NCBI GenBank assembly: GCA_964016885.1
Contig: OZ024757.1
Location: 33,356,001-33,420,000, forward strand
DNA length: 64,000 bases
Origin: Eledone cirrhosa
Lineage: Eukaryota
Direction: 5' to 3'
The notes under the pieces are model-generated. The model saw nothing but the letters and a program-made list of their open reading frames with translations, was not told the origin of the DNA and did no database searches. Below, one piece after another: positions 12,390 through 22,625 of the stretch. Numbering within the stretch: the stretch's first letter is position 1; every line of letters begins with the position of its first letter. The position numbers were made by a program, and so were the translations under genes.

Positions 12390-12588
12390 AGAATGAGAAA
12401 TAAGATAGATTGAAGGGACGGGCTGGGTGGAATTGGAAAAAATGTCTTTAGATAAAAATAACAGGTCCATTCATGTTGACATCTCTTATATATTATATAT
12501 ATATATATGTTTCTGAGGAGAAATGACAGAATGGATGTATTTTGTCATGGCTAATACTATGGAGTTGCATAACTGTTATTGATTAGTC

Positions 12589-12775
12589 CAGTGGTTTCCA
12601 AAGTGGATTCCGTGGAACCCAAGGCTTCCGCAAAGGAGTGTCTGGGGTTCTGTGAAAAAAGGCAGAGGAGTACATTTATATTATGACCATGTAACAGTAT
12701 TAGACTTTGGGGTTCCCCCAAAAGTTTCCGAACCAAAATAGGGTTCCGCGTTCGAAAAAAGTTTGGGAAACCTTA
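12589..12775. mobile_element. hAT-like MITE
   Basis: cagtggtttccaaagtg ... aaagtttgggaaacc termini with internal ggggttcc subterminal motifs. Confidence 0.55.
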
Positions 12776-13134
12776 GATTAGTCAATATATCAATAATATC
12801 TTGATTCCTTTTGTCCTTTGAAACGATCGTAAAACAATGGATTAATTAAGCCCTAAACCTTGTCTTATTTGTTTTCATTGTTCAACCTTTTATACAGGGT
12901 GTCCCAAAAAATGTCTACACACTTTCACTACCTGTACAGGAAATATCTATTAGAATGCTGTTGAAGTATTAATACATTTTTTTGGGGACACCTCGTATAT
13001 GTATATATATAGAAGAAACGGGGCTGTGTGGTTACTGGATAAAGTGTATTTCGAAATAAGAGGCAAGCACAAACGGGGAATATTTCCAATTATCAGTTGT
13101 CTGATGGAGATTACAGACATATATATGGGGTGCT

Positions 13135-13425
13135 GACTAATTGGTCTTAATGGTAGTGTCAACTCTATTAAACTGTGATCCTTTAAGGTTCAGTAATGCA
13201 CCTCTCTAAGCTCTGCACACTAGTTGGTCTTAATGGTAGTATCAGCTCTGTATAAAACTGATCCTTTATGATTCATTAATGTACTTCTCCGAGCTCTGCA
13301 CCCTAGTTTGTCTTAATGGTATTGTTGGCCTTGTATAAAACTGATCCTTTAAGGTTCAGTAATACATCTCTCTGAGCCCTGAGCCCTAGGTGGCTGTCTG
13401 GTTGGCTTTAATAGTAGCACCAGCC
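13135..13425. repeat. Tandem repeat, 83 bp period, about 3.4 copies
   Basis: cta.ttggtcttaatggt recurs at ~13137, 13220 and 13303. Confidence 0.85.
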
Positions 13426-13703
13426 CTGGGTACATCCTGACCAGATTAATTTCAAATAGAGTGCTGGATTTGTCTTCTGTTGCATAATTTTAGGTAAATT
13501 TGATAGAACATATTCAAAAACACAACAATCTACCCAGTTCAGGAATTGATACCACCACATCACGAACATAAGTCGAGTACCCTAACTATTAGGACTAGTT
13601 TTACACACACATACACGTGTGTATATGTATATAGATAGATTTATATTATATATTGAGAAAGTACAGGGTTGGTGACAGGCGCGATAAGACCACCAAAGTT
13701 GCA

Positions 13704-13766
<63 letters not shown>

Positions 13767-14137
13767 GATTTGAACACATAGTTATATATCCTTGTTCGTC
13801 TCTCTTTACTGTATATATATATATCATCATCATCATCATCATCGTTTAACGTCCATATTCCACGCTTGCATGGGTTTGGACGGGAGATTTCCCACTTGAG
13901 GCAAGAGTGGTTGTCTTGCTCGCATAGGACTGTCTGGCGGGTTTTCTACGGCTGGATGCCCTTCCTAACACCAACCACATTTACAGTGTGGAACTGGGAG
14001 GTTTTTACCGTGTTACCTATATATATATATATATATATATATATTTAAAAGTTAAACAAGGTTCAATGAATAAATCAAAGAATGAGTTTTACAATAGATT
14101 GGAAGCACTCAACTGAATTGGTTTTCCAGAGTTATTA

Positions 14138-14469
14138 ATATTAATTCAAAATATTAACAAAATAGATATTCTTGTGATCAAGTATATTTTATTATACAAA
14201 TTTCAGAGGTACTGAGTTAACTTCAACACTACGTCCTCATCAGATAAAATAAGATGATGCATGACATACCCTGACATAGTAGATAGTTAAGATTCAGTTA
14301 TGGTAGACTACCATGACTGAATCTTAACCATCTACTATGTCAGGGTATGTCATGCATCATCTTATTTTATCTGATGAGGACGTAGTGTTGAAGTTAACTC
14401 AGTACCTCTGAAATTTGTATAATAAAATATACTTGATCACAAGAATATCTATTTTGTTAATATTTTGAA

Positions 14470-14476
<7 letters not shown>
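14138..14476. repeat. Near-perfect 339 bp palindrome (1-nt loop at 14307), Penelope-like
   Basis: 169 bp arms around tggtag-a-ctacca with only a couple of mismatches visible. Confidence 0.95.
14363..14429 (+). ncRNA. Type I minimal hammerhead ribozyme motif (mirror copy on the - strand at ~14185-14251)
   Basis: tattttat-CTGATGA-imperfect stem II-GAAA-tttgta-TA-ataaaata. Stem I is 8 perfect pairs. Confidence 0.6.
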
Positions 14477-14505
<29 letters not shown>

Positions 14506-14749
14506 TATGATAACCGGTAAAACACTTTAGAAGAACGGATATCAGCTAGTTGCAGTTTTTAACCCTTTCATTACAATATTTCTAACATTTTCAGTATTAA
14601 GCTGATGTTTGGTACATAAAATTTCGATGAAAGATTTTTAGAGAAACACAGGCATTGTATAATAAACAGCTTCGGTATATACATATACCTGTATATTTAT
14701 ATATACATACATATACATATATACACACACATCCATACATATATCTATC

Positions 14750-14925
14750 TAAGGCGGGTAAAATTTCCGAGATCCATGGACGAGTTCTCTCCAGCGGTCT
14801 CTGTCCCTCATTATCGCTGCCATGTCCTGCGTCTCCAACAGACCAGTGTCTGTCCTTAGGGCATCAACATACGTTAACCTTGGTCTTCCTCTTCTAGTGT
14901 GTCCATGTAGGGGCTCCCAAAGGAG
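14750..14925 (-). mobile_element. RTE-clade LINE 3' end
   Basis: LLWEPLHGHTRRGRPRLTYVDALRTDTGL...MRDRDRWRELV, a typical RTE ORF C-terminus. Confidence 0.8.
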
Positions 14926-14958
14926 CACATATATATACACATATATATATACACATCC

Positions 14959-14992
<34 letters not shown>

Positions 14993-15043
14993 TTACTCAT
15001 CCATAACACACATGTATATACATACACATCCATTGATAAATAA

Positions 15044-15104
<61 letters not shown>

Positions 15105-15218
15105 TACATCCATATATATATTATTACACACATTCATCCATCTATAAATATATGTACATAATTCTACACACATATATGTTTGATGTATACATACACATAT
15201 ATATATATGCGTGTATAC

Positions 15219-15258
<40 letters not shown>

Positions 15259-15419
15259 TATATATACATGTATATATGTAGAGAAAGTCATGTGTAAAGT
15301 CTACAAAGCTATAAAAGTTGTGTAAAACTTACCTTTATAGAAACGTAAGTCGAGGCCGAAACGGCCAACTTTCGTTGTGACGGACGACAAACCGATACAG
15401 AATTTCCTTCTCGCCAGCC

Positions 15420-16290
15420 TCTCTCTCATCCCCCTCATTATTACGTTATCTGTATATCACTTTTGTTCTCCCATCCCCCTCCTTATTACACAATCTCTAT
15501 ATCTCTCTTGTTCTCTCACCCCTCCTTATTACACTCACTGTATATCTCTCTTGTTCTCTCACCCCTCCTTATTACGCTATCTGTATATCTCTTTTTCTCT
15601 CTCCTCCCCTTTCTTATTACGTTATCTATATTTCCCTTTTGTTCTCTCATCCCCCTCATTATTACACTATCTGTATTTCCCTTTTGTTCTCTCATCCCCC
15701 TCATTATTATACTATCTGTATTTCCGTTTTGCTCTCTCATACCCCTCATTATTACACTATCTGTGTATCTCTTTCTCTCTCCCCTCTCCTTCCTTATTAC
15801 GCTATCTATATATCTCTTCTTTCACTCTTTCCTTATTACGCTATCTCTATATCACTTTCGTTCTCTCATCCCCCTCTTTATTACGCTATCTGTATATCTC
15901 TTTCCCCCCTGCTTATTACATTATGTGTATGAATCGCTCTCCTTCTTATTACACTATCCGTATGTTCCTTTCTCTTGTTTTCACTTTCCTCCTTATTATG
16001 TTATTAGTATATCTCTCTCTTATCTCCCTCCTTATTTCGTTATTAGTATATCTCTTTTTCTCTTACCCCCTCTTAATTACGCTATTTGTATCTCTCTTTC
16101 TTTTATCCCCCTCCTTATTACGCTATTTTTATATCTTTCCGTTTCTCTCACCTCCTTTTACTCTATTTGTATATCTCTCTTTCCCTATCCTCTCCTTTAC
16201 TCTTTAACTATATCTCTCTAATCACTCTCCTTATTTCGCTATTTGTATGTCATCCTCTCTCTTCCTCCTTTCGCTCTTACACTATCTGCA
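15420..16290. repeat. Pyrimidine-rich minisatellite, ~45 bp unit
   Basis: ctctcatccccctcattattacactatctgtatttcccttttgtt repeated with decay; produces the 15-aa periodic spurious ORFs. Confidence 0.9.
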
Positions 16291-16708
16291 TCTCTCTCTC
16301 TCTCTCTCTCCTGCTTTTCCATACCTTTTTCTTCTCTCTCTCTCCTTTACACTGTCACTTTGTCTTCATTTCTTTAGTCTCTTTCTTTCTCCTTCTATTT
16401 CTTTCATTTCTCTCTTTTCTTGCATAATTTTCATAATTTTATTCTCCCCATGTTTGTCTTTTTATTAGCTTCCATGGAAATTGCCACACGGAGAAACAGA
16501 TAGATTATATATATATGTAGAGTTATATTTAATTTGTTGGGATACAACAAGCAAAATATTTTTATAACTGATATAAAGTACTCAACAAATTATTGGAGTA
16601 AAGATACAATATATTAACAAATGGAAACTATATTTATAAAACCATATTTATTTCATTATACATATTTCAGAGTATGTGAATATTTATTTATAAAACTAAT
16701 CTATATTA

Positions 16709-16774
16709 TATTTTATCTGATGAAAGCGCACCATAATCTGCCTTGGTGGCCCTTGAAATATGTATAATGAAATA
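16709..16774 (+). ncRNA. Type I minimal hammerhead ribozyme motif inside a fold-back (arms ~16606-16668 and 16754-16817)
   Basis: tattttat-CTGATGA-aagcgcacca(taatctgcct)tggtggccctt-GAAA-tatgta-TA-atgaaata. Confidence 0.65.
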
Positions 16775-16812
16775 AATATGGTTTTATAAATATAGTTTCC
16801 ATTTGTTAATAT

Positions 16813-16848
<36 letters not shown>

Positions 16849-16850
<2 letters not shown>

Positions 16851-17138
16851 AACCAGTAAGACCCCGACGGCTGAGCTCAAGCCGTTTCGACGGCTAATTC
16901 TGGGTTTTCGCATGGTGCGGGTGAAAGAAATTGAGCTTAGCGGAAAAGTCTGGATACGGCGTGGTAGGGTCGGAAAGTGCTCTACTACGGGAATAGGAGC
17001 TAGATAACGAAGGAAATGTGGTAAGGAACCAGGTGGACCATAACGCACCAAAGTACTCAATACTTAGGGTAGTAGAGTGGGTAATCGGAACCAGTAAGGC
17101 CCCGACGGCTGAGCTCAAGCCGTTTCGACAGCTAATTC

Positions 17139-17139
<1 letters not shown>
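16849..17139 (-). mobile_element. Small GC-rich element with 53 bp terminal direct repeats (238 bp period), between (TA)n tracts; retrozyme-like
   Basis: 16849-16901 matches 17087-17139. Minus strand reads GAAAcggct-tgagctc-agccGTC (hammerhead stem III plus GUC). Confidence 0.55.
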
Positions 17140-17172
<33 letters not shown>

Positions 17173-17500
17173 TCGGCAGATAGATAGATAAACAGAATGA
17201 TATATAGATCGGTAGACAGATAAATCTAAAAACAATTAATTATGTTTGGAATTAGAAAAAAACTTTTTTTAAATATTAGAAAATATAGAGTGGAATGAGG
17301 GGCGAAGTAACGAAACAAAAGTTATTTTACATGAAAACAATGAAGAAAAATGTGAAAGTAGGAATCAGGCGTTAAAGAAAATGTCGTTATCGATCTCTTC
17401 GATCTAGCTACATTGATTATTGCCAGGGTTATAAAGGAAATATGATTTTTTTTAATGAAATAAAAAGGTCGATCGTTTGCCGCGTTTGTTTAACATCGTT

Positions 17501-17514
17501 GTTTCCATAGCAAC
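17501..17514. promoter_or_regulatory. RFX X-box consensus match GTTTCCATAGCAAC
   Basis: Fits the X-box consensus and sits in locally CpG-containing unique sequence. Confidence 0.35.
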
Positions 17515-17754
17515 AGTGTCGATTCTGAATTACTCAGTTACTTCCCTTTAACCAATGTTTTTTTCAGTTATAAATGTATACATATAGTAGTTATAATAAA
17601 TATAAACACCAAAATCTACAGAGGAAGTAAACAGAAAATACATATATATTATATATTAATAAAGAAATCATTTATATCAATTAAGAAATCATTATATGTT
17701 ATTATTATTATTATTATTATTAGTAGTAGTAGTAGTAGTAGTAGTACAGTTTAA

Positions 17755-18226
17755 AAGTTTAAACAAACAATTTCTGCTCTCACCTTTATTTTGAACATTG
17801 AAAACAACTTTAAATAGCTTCGTTTTTGTTTAGTAAACAGTACAGATATTTCAGCGTGATTTTAAGTAGGCTGTACGGGTCATTAAAAAATATAAATATT
17901 AGAAGGTAAAGGATATGTTAAAAAGAAATTAAACAATGATGGTAAGGGAAAGTGGAGACAAAAAGAAATTAAACAATGATGGTAAGGGAAAGTGGAGTCG
18001 AAGTAACAGACTTCACACAGAAGCCCATGCGACATGTTTCAGCTGCGCTCCCTAGCCAAAATGGCGAGGGCATTGCCATAGAAAATGGTCAGCTACACTG
18101 GTTGCAAGAGGCACTCTTCCTCACTGGGAGAGCTCCTTCCGCATGCAGGCGGATGTTTTCCAGATTTCACGGAGGAAATTAGCAGTTCGGGGACCGAGGA
18201 CACCCGAGGCCTTGAGAGCGACGAAT
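17755..18226 (-). mobile_element. CRE-clade (RLE) non-LTR retrotransposon 3' fragment
   Basis: Minus strand gives FVALKASGVLGPRTANFLREIWK...LLQPV*LTIFYGNALAIL plus 3' UTR; inverted homolog of 18230-18700. Confidence 0.65.
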
Positions 18227-18229
18227 TTC

Positions 18230-18700
18230 AGAGGAGAGGAAGATAACCAATTACTGGGGCTTGACCGACTGTTTCCTTTTCGTGTCAGTCGCATTGAGGC
18301 ATCATGTGTCCTCAGTCCTAGAACTGCTAATTTCCTCCATAAAATCGGAAAGACATCATCCCGCCTAACGATGGAGGTTTCCCCCAGTGAGGTAGAGTGG
18401 CTCTTGCAGCCAGTATAGCTAGCAATGCCCTCGCCATTTTGTCTACGGTACGCAGCCGAAGCATGTCGACTGGTCTGAGGTGTGAAGTCACTCGATTCGT
18501 CTCCACTTTCCTTTACCACCACCGTTGCTTAATTTCTATTGTCTTTTTCTTCTATTTTTTCCTATTCAATATAAATATGTTTTAATGACCTGTACAAACG
18601 TATAAAATTACACTTTATTTGTAGTGTTTACAAAATAAAAACGAAGATATTTAAAGTTATTTTTCAATGTTCAACATAAAAAGAGTGAAAGCAGAAATGG
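18230..18700 (+). mobile_element. CRE-clade (RLE) non-LTR retrotransposon 3' fragment
   Basis: IEASCVLSPRTANFLHKIGK...EVEWLLQ...NALAILST matches the CRE C-terminal ETxG..GP.A..FL..G...LQR.S.A..GNA pattern. Confidence 0.7.
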
Positions 18701-19680
18701 TAAATTTTTTAATCTGTGCTAATGATAATAATTGTTTCTACTTAGGCACAAGGCCAGCAATTACCCAGGGCATTACTGGTACTTTATTTTATCGACCCCG
18801 TAAGGATGAAAGGCAAAGTCAACCTCGGCGGGATTTGAACTCAGATCGTAATGGTTTCTAATTTAGCCAACACTTTTTTTTAAATGAACTGGCTTCTTGT
18901 CAAACTATAGCAGTGTTTACTTCTGGTGTTCATGGCCCCTGGACCATCTCCTTATTCATTAATATCGAGGCGAAGTCAGCTACCCACAGGAATAAACCCT
19001 GTCAGTAGGAATGGTTCCAATGCTTCTCTCTCGCCATCTTTCGAGGCAACTTTCTCTCTATTTTGTCCGTTGGGATCACAAGGCCGCTTACGTATTGTCT
19101 CTCTCTCTCTCTCTCTCATACACACACAAGGCAATGCTGTCACTTGGGTTATTTCCCCTTTGACCGCAAATTGTATGAAGTATTGCCTATCTTCCTCACT
19201 TTTCTTAATAAGTCAATTATTATTATTGTTTTTCGACAATGAAAAGTACAAAACAGCACTATAACAGACTACCAGTAATGTACTGGCTAATTGCTGGCCT
19301 TGTGCCAAAAGTAGAAACAATTACACATGTATATACATACATGTATATAATTAAAGTGAGGAAAGTTGGTTGATCAACACCCCTTAAAGTATTATCAATA
19401 GGTTATCAACCGAAGTGTCAATATTATAAAGAAGAGAAGAGAGACCGTTTTAAATGTACAACCTCTGTTTATTACCTTCTTTATAAAAAGTATACAAAAA
19501 AATCTTTAAAAAGTGCATTAAAATAAATTATTTTATATGCATTACTTAAATTATGTAAACATTTGAATTACGTCTGTAGATATATTTTATTTTTGGGAAG
19601 GCTGTGCATTCTAATAAATATTGCCTGTATATGTAATCAAAATGAGTATACATTTTTGGGGACACCCAGTATATATCTTT

Positions 19681-19970
19681 CAGAGAAGAGGAAGATAACC
19701 AAATATTGGGGCTTGACCGTCTGTTTCCTTTTCTTGTCAGTCGCCATCGAGACATCAGGTGTCCTCAGTCCCAGAATTGCTAAATTCCTCCATAAAATCG
19801 GAGAGATATCAGCCCGCCTGAGGAAGGAGTTCTCCTGGTGAGATAGAGGGGCTCTTGCAGCCAATATCGCTGGCCATTTTCTCTAGAGGATGCAGCCTAA
19901 CATGTCGTCTGGCCTGAAGTATGAAGTCTGTTGCTTCGTCCCCACTTTCCTTTACCACCGTTGCTTAATA
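19681..19970 (+). mobile_element. Third CRE-clade 3' fragment
   Basis: EKRKITKYWGLTVCFLFLSVAIETSGVLSPRIAKFLHKIG (K..KY...F..VAIETSG motif). Confidence 0.7.
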
Positions 19971-20009
19971 GGAATGGCTATTTCAATCGTCTCTCTCGCC
20001 ATCCTATGC

Positions 20010-20143
20010 CATCAAATTTAAAATGACTCATTTTTTATTTCAGCTTATTGCGCTGAGTTCAAATGCCACCCCTTTGTAGTCAACTTTGTCTTTCTTCATT
20101 TCAGGGTCGATAAATAAAATACCAAAACCAGTCCAGTACTTGG

Positions 20144-20195
<52 letters not shown>

Positions 20196-21283
20196 CCCTC
20201 TCTCTCTCGTTGTGTCTTTCTATCTCTCTTCTTACTCTCTCTCTCTTCTCTCTCTCTCTTTTCTCTCCTTCTGTATGTCTCTCTCTCTCTCCCTGTCTCT
20301 CTGAGAAAGAGATATAGAGAAAGAATCGACCCCACTATTAGACTGCTACTTTATTCTATCAACCCAGAAAGGATGAAAGGCAAGGTCGACCTTAGTAGAA
20401 TTTCATTTTAAAATGTAAAGAACAACAAGTACTACAATGACATTTTATCCAAACAATTTATTTCTCACATTCACACAAGTCCAGCTACTTGAATTGCAGA
20501 TGCAATGAAACCAATAGGCTTTCAACCAGTTTCTGTCTACTCAATTTCACTCCAAAGTTTTGGCCATCCTGGGCCTATGGTATACAGTGCTGAATTTTGG
20601 ACAAATGAAGTCCTATGCTAGTTAAATTATGAGGCCCCTTACTTGGACCCAGAAGAAGGTAAAAAATGGGGGGGGGGGAGATTACACCATCCGCCCACCT
20701 TGGCCAACGGGGCCCTGTGCTTAAGCACACCTCAGCACAATGGTAAATCTTGCAATGGATACACCTGACCCTTTGAATTACAGATGCAATGAATCCATCA
20801 GGCTTCCAAACAGTTTCTGGCTATCCAATTTCACTCCAAAGCTTTGGCCATCCTGGGCCTATGGTAAAGTCACTTGCTCATGAAGACATGGAGTGAGAGG
20901 TTGAACTGGTGATTGCGAAGAAAACTTTTTAATCATTTGATATTGATATAAACTATATCCTATATTCATCAAATGGAGGGAGTCATGACTTCCTATTTTG
21001 CTGAGTAATTCCTAAAGAATTCAGTGTTTAATAAAACATAGACATTACTGTTTGATATAACAGGGACTGTGTGTTCATGGTCATCTACTTCGCTAGAAAT
21101 AAGTCAAATATCCTTCAAACCAGACTCTACCATCTTAAATAAAGGAAAAACTCATTGAATAATCTAGTTGAGTGCCTGCAAAAAAGAAAAAAAGACTAAG
21201 GTGGTCGGGGTATAGAAGGCTTCTGCTCCAAGGTCTGTCAGGGCTGAACCAGACCTAGGGCTAAACAACATCTTCATAACAAA
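20010..21283 (-). repeat. Inverted copy of the array unique segment (~23873-25203)
   Basis: For example, ctagggctaaacaac (21255-21269) is the reverse complement of gttgtttagccctag (~23894-23908), and tcaaatttaaaatgactcattttt at the other end. Confidence 0.9.
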
Positions 21284-22625
21284 AAGTTTCCAGGAGGTCA
21301 ATGTTCTGAGCAAGATAGGGGTTCCAGACTGATGATGCGAATTCCAAGTGTGGTCGTACCATAGCTGTATACATTTCTAAATAGATGGCTGGAGAGCGGC
21401 TAACAAAGGTCTTGCTGAGTGAAGCCAAGACACCCTCGGCTTTCTTGACAATCTTAGAGTCATGCTTTGTCCAACGCAAATCGCTACTGACAGTAATGCC
21501 CAGGTCACGTTCACAAGAGGAGTTCTTGATATCAGTGTTGTGGAGGGAGTATGTGGACGCTGGATTTTCCCTCCGAAAATGCATGGTGGTACACTTGTCC
21601 ACAGCCAGCTTCAGTTGACAGTCTGTGATCCATTGCTGCATTATGTCCAGGTCTGATTGTAGGAAAGAGTTGTAGATTTCAGGATCACTCCTTTTGATTT
21701 CAAGGTACAGCTTGATGTCATCTGCATATTTCAGTACCGTGGCATTCTGTAAGTTGGCATCTATGTCATTAATATATGCCACAAAGAAAAGGGGACCAAG
21801 AACAGATCCCTGTGGTACAGCAGATGACATCTCATATGGTGAAGAATGCTGTCCTAGAACCGTGACTACCTCTTTTCGGCTGAGAATGAAGGATTTCAAC
21901 CAGTCGAAAAGATCATCCCTCACACCCATTGCAGAGAGTTTTGCCATAAGTCTTTTGTGTGGCACAGAATTAAAAGCCTCAGCATAGTCAAGGTAAACAA
22001 CATCCACCCATGAGCCACTGTCAGTGATCCGGGTGATGTCTTCAAGGAACTCGATAAGCTGATCACAGCAGCTGGAGTTAGGGATACATCCAAACTGTGA
22101 GGGCCGGATGAGGCTGTGAGAGCTCCAGAAGTTCCAAAGTGTTTCTCTGACACAGGATTCCATCAGTTTGGCCATACAGCTAGTAAGACTGACTGGACGA
22201 TAGTTGACAGGTGACATGCGGTTGCCCTTTTTGAACAGGGGAATGACACTGGCAGTTTTCCACGGCTCCGGAGTAGCACCATTGTTGAGACAGTATTGAA
22301 AGAAGAAAGAAAGCTGGTGCAAAAGGAAATACCCGCCACGTTTGAGAAGCAGGTATGTAACACCATCAAGACCAGGGGAGGCATAGTTGCGCTTATTCTT
22401 AAGGTGACGTCGCAACATTGCAGGTGTAATTTCCATAGTTATTATGGAATTTGATGTTAGAGATGGTGGAGATGGTACATTCTGGTTTTCAAGAGTAAAA
22501 ATACTTGCATAGCAATCAGCAATGAGTTCTGCGCCTTCTTTGGGATCGTCAGTGATCTGGCTTGTGTGGGGATTGCGAAGAGGACCAACGGGATGGAGAG
22601 TGAGGTCTCTGATTTGAATGAACAT
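21261..22625 (-). CDS. Uninterrupted 454-codon RT-only ORF from a CR1/L2-type LINE fragment (array copy 1)
   Basis: ATG at 22623-22625, then SPGLDG, NYRPVSLTS, YLDYAEAFNSV, PQGSVLGP, YADD and RDLG. There is no APE endonuclease and the 3' end is cut at LLET. Expression is unproven. Confidence 0.55.
   Translation of the reverse strand: MFIQIRDLTLHPVGPLRNPHTSQITDDPKEGAELIADCYASIFTLENQNVPSPPSLTSNSIITMEITPAMLRRHLKNKRNYASPGLDGVTYLLLKRGGYFLLHQLSFFFQYCLNNGATPEPWKTASVIPLFKKGNRMSPVNYRPVSLTSCMAKLMESCVRETLWNFWSSHSLIRPSQFGCIPNSSCCDQLIEFLEDITRITDSGSWVDVVYLDYAEAFNSVPHKRLMAKLSAMGVRDDLFDWLKSFILSRKEVVTVLGQHSSPYEMSSAVPQGSVLGPLFFVAYINDIDANLQNATVLKYADDIKLYLEIKRSDPEIYNSFLQSDLDIMQQWITDCQLKLAVDKCTTMHFRRENPASTYSLHNTDIKNSSCERDLGITVSSDLRWTKHDSKIVKKAEGVLASLSKTFVSRSPAIYLEMYTAMVRPHLEFASSVWNPYLAQNIDLLETFCYEDVV

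Noticed and set aside
13135-13425. CRISPR-like periodicity
   Set aside because: Whole 83 bp units are homologous, with no unique spacers and no cas genes.
15377-16468. Long hydrophobic ORFs of 276 and 252 aa
   Set aside because: They are translations of a 45 bp pyrimidine-rich minisatellite that is open in several frames.
21385-21987. Plus-strand ORFs overlapping RT copies
   Set aside because: Antisense shadows of the LINE ORF, repeated only because the DNA is repeated.
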